A stretch of 32,170 bases of DNA from Methanomassiliicoccaceae archaeon (GTDB taxonomy: Archaea; Thermoplasmatota; Thermoplasmata; Methanomassiliicoccales; UBA472), in NCBI GenBank assembly GCA_016919625.1, contig JACXTP010000121.1, positions 1 through 32,170 of the forward strand, given 5' to 3'. This document shows positions 23,371 through 30,675 of this stretch, piece after piece. Position 1 is the stretch's first letter, and the number at the start of each line of letters is the position of its first letter. The notes under the pieces were generated by a model, which saw only the letters and a program-made list of their open reading frames with translations, was not told the origin of the DNA and did no database searches. The translations under genes were made by a program, and so were the position numbers.

Positions 23371-25513
23371 TTGCTATGCCGACCCCGCCCAGGACGCCAT
23401 GGTCACCTGGCTGCGGACCAACTCCGGGGTGGAGCGCCTGGAGGACCGGCGCTTCCGCCCCGCCTTCTACGTCTGGGCGCCGCAACACCGCCTCGCCGAG
23501 CTGAAGACCTCCATGCGCATGCTCGGCACCGCCGAGGTCTCCGAGGAGCGGCGGCGCATCTGGCTGGGGGAGAGGGAGCGCGAGGTGCTGCGGGTGGTGC
23601 CGTCCTCCTACGACCAGCTCACCCCCTTGGCCCGCACCGTGGACCGCTGGGGGCTGTACCGCGACTACAAGCTCTTCAACGTGGACTTCCGCATGGAGCA
23701 CCGCTACTTCATGGCCCACGACATCTTCCCCATGGGGCTGCTGGAGTACGACGGGCGCTTCCATCATCTTGACACCCCCTACCGCCTGGACTACGCCCTC
23801 CCCGACCTGCGCGTGTGCCGCCTCGGCCTCAAGGTGGAGGCCAGGCAGCGCATACCCACGATGGAGGACCGGTTGCTCTCCGCGCACCTAAACGATACGG
23901 TACTGGAGGGCGAGGAGGCGGCGGTGCTGGAGGACCTGGACCGCACCCTGCGCCGGATGGACCCGGACGTGGTGGTGACCGACGGCGGCGACGCGTTCTA
24001 TCTGGACTACCTGCAGGCTCGGGCCGACCTTCATAGCATCCCGGTGGAGCTGGGGCGGGACCAGGGCATGCGCCAGGCCAAGGGCAAGAGCTACTTCACC
24101 TACGGCCGCATCGTGTACAAGGCCCCGGCGCACAAGTTGCGCGGGCGCATCCACATCGACTCCGCCGGCTCATTCATGTTCGACGAGTCCGGGCTGCATG
24201 GCGTCATCGACCTGTCGCGGCTGTCCCGCATCCCGGTGCAGGAGATGTCCCGCCTGTCGCCGGGCACCGCCATCAGCTCCATGCAGGTGAACGAGGCCCT
24301 GCGCATGGGCACCCTGGTGCTGTGGAAGAAGAACCTGCCCGAGGACTTCAAGACCGCGGGGGACCTGCTCGTCTCTGACCGGGGCGGCTTCATCTACGAG
24401 CCCAAGGTGGGGCTGCACGAGAACGTCTCCGAGGTGGACTTCGCGTCGCTCTACCCGAGCATCATGGTGGTGCACAACATCTCCCCGGAGACGCTGCGCT
24501 GCGGCTGCTGTCCTGATTCCCGCCGCATCGTGCCGGAGATCGGCTACCCCATCTGCGAGAAGCGGGAGGGGCTGCTGCCGCGCGTGCTGCGCCCCATCAT
24601 CAAACGCCGCCTGGCGTTGAAGCGGTTGGCCAAGGAGGGCGGCCGCCACGCCGATGCCTACAAGGCCCGGGCCAAGGCCCTCAAGTGGGTCCTCGTCACG
24701 TGCTTCGGCTATACCGGCTACCGCAACGCCCGCTTCGGCCGCATCGAGTGCCACGAGGCCATCAACGCCTACGGTCGGGAGATCATGCTGCAGACCGCGG
24801 AGATGGCGGAGGCGCGCGGCTTCCGCATCCTGCACGGCATAGTGGACTCGCTGTGGCTGGAAGGTGACGGCGACGGCGCGGCCTTCTGCTCCGATGTCAC
24901 CAGGAGGATAGGCATACCGCTGCAGCTGGAGGGCGTGTACCGCTGGATAGTCTTCCTGCCCAACGTCAGCACCGGCGTGGGCGCCCTGAACCGTTACTAT
25001 GGCCTCTTCTCGGACGGGGAGATGAAGCTGCGCGGCATCGCCGTGAGGCGGGGCGACACCACCGGTCTGGTGAAACGCCTGCAGGGTGAGCTGCTGGAAG
25101 GCATGGCACGCTGCGTCGACGGCAGGGCGTTCCTGGAGAACGTCCCCGTGGCGCTGGCGACGACACGCCGCTTCGTGGAGGAGGTGCGTTCGGGCGCGGT
25201 CCCGCTGGACCAAATGATCATAACCAAGCGCGTATCGCGAGAGGTGGAGGAGTACAGCGACCGCAAGAACGAGTCGCTGGACGCGCTCAAGCAGCTCAAG
25301 GCGGCCGGTTTCCGTGTCCCGCCGGGGGAGATGATCGAGTACGTGGTCCTGGCCAAGGACCGCCGCACCAAACCGGCACAGTTCCTCGATGGCGACGAGG
25401 CCTACGATGAGGGCAAGTACGTGGACCTGGTGCTGCGGGCCACGAGCGAACTGCTCGCCCCCTTCGGCTACGACCTGGAGCGGATGCGGGCCGAGGTGGC
25501 TAGGCCAGGATGA
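23351..25513 (+). CDS. Family-B DNA polymerase homolog (PolB2-like) with degenerate 3'-5' exonuclease motifs and non-canonical motifs B and C
   Basis: 720-aa ORF. It has an archaeal PolB-type N-terminus (RFRPAFYVWAP) and an intact motif A (VDFASLYPSIM, aa 362-372). The motif B position reads KWVLVTCFGY, the motif C position reads HGIVDS, and the KxY-region analogue reads NRYYGLFSDGEMKLRGIAVRRGDT. Confidence 0.85.
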   Translation: MRGWIVDCYADPAQDAMVTWLRTNSGVERLEDRRFRPAFYVWAPQHRLAELKTSMRMLGTAEVSEERRRIWLGEREREVLRVVPSSYDQLTPLARTVDRWGLYRDYKLFNVDFRMEHRYFMAHDIFPMGLLEYDGRFHHLDTPYRLDYALPDLRVCRLGLKVEARQRIPTMEDRLLSAHLNDTVLEGEEAAVLEDLDRTLRRMDPDVVVTDGGDAFYLDYLQARADLHSIPVELGRDQGMRQAKGKSYFTYGRIVYKAPAHKLRGRIHIDSAGSFMFDESGLHGVIDLSRLSRIPVQEMSRLSPGTAISSMQVNEALRMGTLVLWKKNLPEDFKTAGDLLVSDRGGFIYEPKVGLHENVSEVDFASLYPSIMVVHNISPETLRCGCCPDSRRIVPEIGYPICEKREGLLPRVLRPIIKRRLALKRLAKEGGRHADAYKARAKALKWVLVTCFGYTGYRNARFGRIECHEAINAYGREIMLQTAEMAEARGFRILHGIVDSLWLEGDGDGAAFCSDVTRRIGIPLQLEGVYRWIVFLPNVSTGVGALNRYYGLFSDGEMKLRGIAVRRGDTTGLVKRLQGELLEGMARCVDGRAFLENVPVALATTRRFVEEVRSGAVPLDQMIITKRVSREVEEYSDRKNESLDALKQLKAAGFRVPPGEMIEYVVLAKDRRTKPAQFLDGDEAYDEGKYVDLVLRATSELLAPFGYDLERMRAEVARPG

Positions 25514-25850
25514 GGAGGGCGCATACCGGCAGGCTGATATGCCCCATCGCATGGGCCGCTCTCGGGCGTTCGAGCTTGGCCAGGTTCAGCTTCCTCAGTA
25601 AAGGGTCGCGGGGGTGCATGGGCTCGCCCCGAAGGAGGTCGAGGGCCAGGTGGGAAAGGCAGGCGGCGAGGGCCATCGTCGGGAAGTGGCCGAGAAAGGG
25701 GACGAATGCCGAGGCGGCCACGAGGGGCAGCAGCGCTAGGGGGAGGTAGCTGGAGTGGAGCATCCTCTCGTGGGCCTGGTCGGGGGAGAGGAGTGAGTCC
25801 AGGTCGAGCAGTAGAGAGACGAAGGCTGAGGTCAAGGCCATCGGCCCCAT
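25500..25850 (-). CDS. DUF457/YdjM-like membrane-bound metal-dependent hydrolase homolog; start codon unresolved
   Basis: Coordinates run from the first in-frame ATG. The family-like N-terminal segment VTPYHASVAFALGGS lies upstream of that ATG (25851-25916). Together with LLLDLDSLL...HERMLHSS it matches the H...PDxD...HR..HS pattern. This is the only ORF here that ends in TAG. Confidence 0.4.
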   Translation of the reverse strand: MGPMALTSAFVSLLLDLDSLLSPDQAHERMLHSSYLPLALLPLVAASAFVPFLGHFPTMALAACLSHLALDLLRGEPMHPRDPLLRKLNLAKLERPRAAHAMGHISLPVCALLILA

Positions 25851-25918
25851 GGACCCGTCCAGAAGGAGTAGGGAGCCGCCTAGCGCGAAAGCTACCGAGG
25901 CGTGGTAGGGGGTGACGC

Positions 25919-27517
25919 TCAGGGCATCAGCCCCAGGACGGTCTCGATCACGGGGCGCCAGCCATTGGTGGACAGGATTATGGGGAGGAGGAGGCAACCC
26001 GTGAGACAGACCCGGCTCACGCCGAGAGCAGGTGGCAAGGACCCGACCAGGGTGGCCACCGTCAGGACGATAAGTCCTGCGGGACCGCACAGGATGGCGC
26101 AAAGCGCGATGGTAAGGACCAGAATGGCCCGGGAGAGCCGTCCCCCGGAACTTCCGGATGACCTCCTGGCCACGATGGCCCCGACCTTGACCGTGAGGAC
26201 GAAAGCTAACAGAGAGGATATCAGCACGGACAGCAGCAACAGGGTGAGGTGGGCCGAGGTTGGTCGGGCCATGGCCTCGAGGGCGTCGTTACCGAGCATG
26301 CTCTCCACCACCATCAGGGCCCCGGTGCCTCCTTGCCCCGTGGAAGCCAATGCGAGAACGCCGAAGACCATGGAGGCTGTGCCGACGGCGGCGCTCAGGA
26401 CGATGAAACGTTCCGCGCTGGCCTCATCGTCCCGCTCGGTATCGCCGCAGATCATGGAGGCAGGGACGGTGGCGGATGTGGAGGTGATGCCAGGCACCAG
26501 GCCGGCCAGTAGGCCGGACAGGGAACCGCTCAGCACCACGTGGGACTCCATGCGGACCGGCCCTGGGTCCTGCTGCTCCGGGACCGGGCGGCCATCTTGG
26601 GAGGCCAGGAGCGAAGGCACCCCGAAGAGACCGGTGAGGAGGGGGAACATCATGTTGCCGTCGACCCCCGACCATGCGAGGTCAGGTAGATGCCCCCAGA
26701 GCACCGAGACCCCCAACAGACCGGAGAGGGCGACCACCCCGCAGGCCATGGCCATTGGGGCCCAGCGCTTACGGGTCAGTACCCATTGACCTTGCAGGGC
26801 GATATGCCCTCTAGGCAACCGACCCTTGAACTTGGCAGCGTATGTGCCTTGGGCGGTCTCGATCCGGTACCTTGACCAATGGCGCCGGGCCCGACCATGC
26901 AGGATGGCCTCCGCCCCCTTCATGGGCCGCGCCGGCAATATGGATGTCCTGGCCTCCTGGGAAAAGGACTTGCCCAAGAAAAGGGCCCTGACCTCGCGGT
27001 CCTGTCTCTGGCTTAGAACCAAAAGGAGCAGGACGAGCAAAAGGAGCCCTGGAATGTAAGCGTCAAGCCGGTCCAATGGCCCGGAGCCGCTCTGGAAGAA
27101 CAGGAGGAGCGGGACCGAGAGCAAAAGGGCTACCACGGCCCCGCAGAGGGAGCCACCGGCAGCTAGTCGCACGGCGAGAAGGCCCTTGCCTGCCATAAGG
27201 AGACGGTGCCCCGGCAGCACCGAGAGGCAGTCCTCCTCATCGGGCACGCCGATGAACACAGAAGGGATGAAGTCCAAAAAGCTGTGTGTCACCGCAGCGG
27301 ACACGATGACGCAGGAGAGAATCAGGGGGACGACCAAGGGATCCAGTTCGAGCTCCTCACATATGGGCTCAAGCAGTGATGACAGGCTAGGATAGCTGAT
27401 AAGGATCAGTAAGGCCATGGTGTTGACGTGGATGCCTGGGACCAGACCAGTGAAAGTACCGAGGGCGGTCCCGGCGAGCATTCCGCAAATGGCAATGAGG
27501 ACGACCACACCATCCAT
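25919..27517 (-). CDS. TctA/DUF112-family polytopic membrane protein (COG1784-like) with a ~80-aa basic central insert
   Basis: 532-aa ORF. It shows an internally duplicated signature (GLVPGIHVN at aa 24-32, GLVPGITST at aa 339-347) and many TM helices. A soluble Arg/Lys-rich segment spans aa ~170-252. Confidence 0.7.
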   Translation of the reverse strand: MDGVVVLIAICGMLAGTALGTFTGLVPGIHVNTMALLILISYPSLSSLLEPICEELELDPLVVPLILSCVIVSAAVTHSFLDFIPSVFIGVPDEEDCLSVLPGHRLLMAGKGLLAVRLAAGGSLCGAVVALLLSVPLLLFFQSGSGPLDRLDAYIPGLLLLVLLLLVLSQRQDREVRALFLGKSFSQEARTSILPARPMKGAEAILHGRARRHWSRYRIETAQGTYAAKFKGRLPRGHIALQGQWVLTRKRWAPMAMACGVVALSGLLGVSVLWGHLPDLAWSGVDGNMMFPLLTGLFGVPSLLASQDGRPVPEQQDPGPVRMESHVVLSGSLSGLLAGLVPGITSTSATVPASMICGDTERDDEASAERFIVLSAAVGTASMVFGVLALASTGQGGTGALMVVESMLGNDALEAMARPTSAHLTLLLLSVLISSLLAFVLTVKVGAIVARRSSGSSGGRLSRAILVLTIALCAILCGPAGLIVLTVATLVGSLPPALGVSRVCLTGCLLLPIILSTNGWRPVIETVLGLMP

Positions 27518-27612
27518 GGCACTGCCATCGATAGCCTTCCATGAAGGGTGCGACCATTACTATCAGACTGCGCCGCGAAGGATTAAATCTCTGAGCTGGG
27601 TTCACTTTCGTA

Positions 27613-28524
27613 ATGGGCGATGTGGTGGTGGCGGAGAAGCTCGTAAAGAACTACGATGAGTTCCGCGCGGTGGACTCCATAGGCTTCAGCATCCATCAGG
27701 GCGAATGTTTCGGATTCCTTGGTCCTAACGGCGCGGGCAAGAGCACCACCATGCGCATGATCCATTGCGCCTCGCCATTAACGTCAGGCAGGCTCACGGT
27801 CCTCGATATGGACGTCCAGGTGGACCCGAGGCGCATCAAGGCGCTGATCGGCGTGGCTCCACAAGAGAACAACCTCGACCCAGACTTCTCGGTCATCAAG
27901 AATCTCACGTCGTATGCCCGCTATTTCAACATGGAAAAGGCACTGGCCCTGAAGCGGTCCGAGGAGCTGTTGAAGTTCATGCAGCTGACGGAGAAGCGTG
28001 ATGAAATGGTGGAGAGCCTCTCTGGGGGAATGAAACGCCGCCTCATCATCGCCAGGGCGCTGATCAACGAGCCCAGGATCCTCATCCTGGACGAGCCGAC
28101 CACCGGCCTCGACCCTCAGGCCAGGCACCTGATTTGGGAGCGGATACGCGAGCTGAAGCGCAAGGGTGTGACGGTGATCCTGACCACTCATTACATGGAC
28201 GAGGCGGAAAAGCTCTGCGACCGCCTGGTGATCATGGACAAGGGCAAGATCGTGGTGGAGGGGACGCCCCGCAAGCTCATCGAGGAGCGCATCGGAGCGG
28301 AGGTGTTGGAGATAGATGAGCCCAGCCCAGAGATGGAGGTCTTCGTCCAGGCGAAGGGATGGGATTTCGAGAGGACGGCGGACCGCTTGCTCATATACTC
28401 CCGCTGCTGCGAGGACCTGTTGGGCGAGCTGCGCACCAAGTTCCAGCTGGAATCGGTCATCATCCGCCGCGCCAGCTTGGAGGACGTCTTCCTCCGCCTG
28501 ACAGGGAGGAGGTTGGTCGAATGA
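27613..28524 (+). CDS. ABC transporter ATP-binding protein (ABC-2 / DrrA-NodI-like exporter type)
   Basis: 303-aa ORF with Walker A (GPNGAGKSTT), signature (LSGGMKRRL) and Walker B (ILILDEPTTGLD). Confidence 0.92.
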   Translation: MGDVVVAEKLVKNYDEFRAVDSIGFSIHQGECFGFLGPNGAGKSTTMRMIHCASPLTSGRLTVLDMDVQVDPRRIKALIGVAPQENNLDPDFSVIKNLTSYARYFNMEKALALKRSEELLKFMQLTEKRDEMVESLSGGMKRRLIIARALINEPRILILDEPTTGLDPQARHLIWERIRELKRKGVTVILTTHYMDEAEKLCDRLVIMDKGKIVVEGTPRKLIEERIGAEVLEIDEPSPEMEVFVQAKGWDFERTADRLLIYSRCCEDLLGELRTKFQLESVIIRRASLEDVFLRLTGRRLVE

Positions 28525-29306
28525 GCCTGGTGAAGAACATCAGCTGGCGCAGCTGGTCGGTCTGGAAGCGCAACCGGGATGTGTTCCTCACCACCTGGAA
28601 GACCAACTTCCTGCCGCCCTTCCTGGAGCCGATCCTATACCTGGTGGCAATGGGATTGGGCTTCGGGGTATTGATAAATGACCTGGTCTTCAGGGGGGAG
28701 ACCATCGAATACATCCAATTCCTGGCGCCTGGGCTCCTCGCCATCTCCATCATGTATGGCGCCTTCTTCGAGTGCAGCTTCGGCTCGTTCGTACGCATGC
28801 ATTACCAAAAGACCTTCGATGCCATGGTGGCCACTCCCCTGACGATAGAGGACGTCATCACTGGGGAGATCCTCTGGGGGGCGACGAAGAGCCTCATCAA
28901 CACCACCATAGTCCTGGTCGTGGTCACGGCCTTCGGGCTGGCAGATTTCCCAGGACTGATCTTCGTACCGGTGATCGCCTTCCTAGGCGGCATGATGTTC
29001 GCCAGCCTGGCCATGCTCTTCACCGCCCTGGTGCCGAACATTGACTCCTTCAACTACCCGTTCTTCCTGCTGGTAACGCCTATGTTCCTGTTCAGCGGGA
29101 CTTTCTTCCCCTTGGACGTTCTGCCTAATTGGGCTCAGACCCTGGCCTACGCCTTGCCTCTCACCCATGTCAGCATCGTGGTCCGCGACCTGTGCTTCAA
29201 CTATTTCGTGCTGATCGACCTAGCCAGCATAGCATACATGATCGTGTTCACGATCATCTTCTTCTTCGCATCCCTCTACCTCATGAAAAGACGCCTGATC
29301 AAGTGA
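28521..29306 (+). CDS. ABC-2 type transporter permease
   Basis: The track ORF (28359) begins inside the ATPase gene. The ATG at 28521 overlaps its stop (ATGA) and gives MSLVKNISWRSWSVWKRNRDVFLTTWKTNFLPP, with about six TM segments. Confidence 0.88.
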   Translation: MSLVKNISWRSWSVWKRNRDVFLTTWKTNFLPPFLEPILYLVAMGLGFGVLINDLVFRGETIEYIQFLAPGLLAISIMYGAFFECSFGSFVRMHYQKTFDAMVATPLTIEDVITGEILWGATKSLINTTIVLVVVTAFGLADFPGLIFVPVIAFLGGMMFASLAMLFTALVPNIDSFNYPFFLLVTPMFLFSGTFFPLDVLPNWAQTLAYALPLTHVSIVVRDLCFNYFVLIDLASIAYMIVFTIIFFFASLYLMKRRLIK

Positions 29307-29856
29307 TGACCCTGGTCCGACCCTGACGCACCTCGACCTTCACCAAGGTCTTGATGGTCACTCCCAGTTCCCTCTCCAAGGCTGGTCTCCGATCACCTTT
29401 CTCCACCACCACGATGATGTCGACGATGTGCACACCCATGCCCTGTAACGCCTTGACCATGGCCGCGATGGTCCCTCCGGTGCTGATGACATCATCTACG
29501 ATCACCACCCGGTCACCTTCCGAGATGCCGTTGATGAACATGTCAGTGCGGGAATATCCAGTGGTCTGTTGCAGGCTGACCTCGCCCGGAAGCCCGTATC
29601 GGCGCTTCCGCACCACGTTGTAGGGTATGCCGGTACTGAGCGAAAGGGGAACGGCGAGGGGGATGCCCATGGCCTCCGGGGCGACGATGAGGTCGCAATC
29701 GAAGTCGCCTATCTCTAGGATGCGGTCCACCACATCCTGTAACACTTTAGGATCCATCCGCGGGATACCATCGGTGATAGGATTTACGAAGTACTCGTAA
29801 TCGCCGATGACCACGATGGGGCTTTCCTCCAAGCTCCTTTTCAATCGTTCCAACAT
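29299..29856 (-). CDS. hpt: Hypoxanthine/guanine phosphoribosyltransferase, archaeal Hpt type
   Basis: MLERLKRSLEESPIVVIGDYEYFVNPITDGIP matches the family N-terminus as I remember it, so I start at M14 of the track ORF (the track start 29895 is possible). The PRPP loop is VVIVDDVISTGGT. Confidence 0.8.
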   Translation of the reverse strand: MLERLKRSLEESPIVVIGDYEYFVNPITDGIPRMDPKVLQDVVDRILEIGDFDCDLIVAPEAMGIPLAVPLSLSTGIPYNVVRKRRYGLPGEVSLQQTTGYSRTDMFINGISEGDRVVIVDDVISTGGTIAAMVKALQGMGVHIVDIIVVVEKGDRRPALERELGVTIKTLVKVEVRQGRTRVIT

Positions 29857-29941
29857 CGCCCCGCCATCCCTTTGGACGGTAATAAGGCTCACCATGGCGC
29901 GCCCAGAGCAGGTCGTTGGTAAGTCCTTCGACGTTGAGGGC

Positions 29942-30604
29942 TCAGTCCGCCAAGCCCCAGGTCCGTCCCCGGCGGCGCACCTTGCCTTCCGCCTCCAGGT
30001 CCTTCAGGGTGCCACGCACCAGATCGTGGGAGACGTCGATCTGGAACTGTTCCCGGAAGGCCTTCTGAACCTCATCCTCCGCTTTTCTTTCGATCAACGT
30101 CTTGGGGAGCAATGTGCGCAGGTCCTCATGCAAGTTCCAAGGGAAGATGAACCAGGTCCATTGGTCCTCTGGGACCTTGACCGAGTAGAAATCTGGTTCC
30201 ATTCGGGAGTGTGTGATGTGGAGCAGGGCGGCGGTGCGCACCTCTCTGGGGCGGAGGGCGTCGACATGGTTCCTGGCCAGTTTCAGGCTCTCCCCGGTGT
30301 CGGTGATGTCGTCGACGATGAGCACGTTCTCGTCCTCGATGTTGGCGTTCAGTTCCTGGGTCAGCAGGGCCTTCCCATCCTGGTTGGCGGTGATGCCCCA
30401 ATGCTCGGTCTTGATGGCATAGAGCTTCTTGACGTGTAGATGGTCGCACAGCAGGCGGGCCGGCACCCATCCCCCCCGGGTGAGCCCTATGATGACGGTC
30501 GGCTGGCATTCGCTGTCTCGGATCTGACGGGAAACGTCCAATGTCCATTTCGAAATCTCGTCATATGTGACCAGTTTGCACCGGAAGCTCTCGACCTTGT
30601 TCAT
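29942..30604 (-). CDS. Purine phosphoribosyltransferase (COG2236 / Gpt-like type I PRTase) with a ~60-aa C-terminal extension
   Basis: The track ORF (30736) overlaps the upstream gene. The ATG at 30604 gives MNKVESFRCKLVTYDEI. It has TRGGWVPARLL, a PRPP loop (VLIVDDITDTGES) and FPWN, followed by an extra helical/basic tail. Confidence 0.8.
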   Translation of the reverse strand: MNKVESFRCKLVTYDEISKWTLDVSRQIRDSECQPTVIIGLTRGGWVPARLLCDHLHVKKLYAIKTEHWGITANQDGKALLTQELNANIEDENVLIVDDITDTGESLKLARNHVDALRPREVRTAALLHITHSRMEPDFYSVKVPEDQWTWFIFPWNLHEDLRTLLPKTLIERKAEDEVQKAFREQFQIDVSHDLVRGTLKDLEAEGKVRRRGRTWGLAD

Positions 30605-30675
30605 CGTCTCATATCCCCTGGGCCGACCCAGAGCAATTGCATGAAGGTTTCCAGGGTGATATTTTTTCCGGGACC

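Noticed and set aside
24170-25552. 460-aa minus-strand ORF opposite the polymerase gene
   Set aside because: It is antisense to the PolB homolog, which carries clear family motifs. Its composition is dominated by Ala, Gly, Arg, Leu, His and Val, and no motifs are present. It is a GC-driven open frame.
25913-25925. Programmed -1 frameshift fusing the TctA-like protein to the DUF457-like ORF
   Set aside because: The DUF457-like frame is -1 relative to the TctA frame. But there is no X-XXY-YYZ slippery heptamer at the junction (…ctggggctgatgccctgagc…), no obvious downstream pseudoknot, and no known fusion of these families.
25902-26789. 295-aa plus-strand ORF, plus 29807-30439(+) and 31198-31674(+)
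   Set aside because: They are antisense to the TctA-like, PRTase and adenine deaminase genes respectively. Their composition is Arg/Pro/Ser/Thr-rich 'wrong-frame' sequence.
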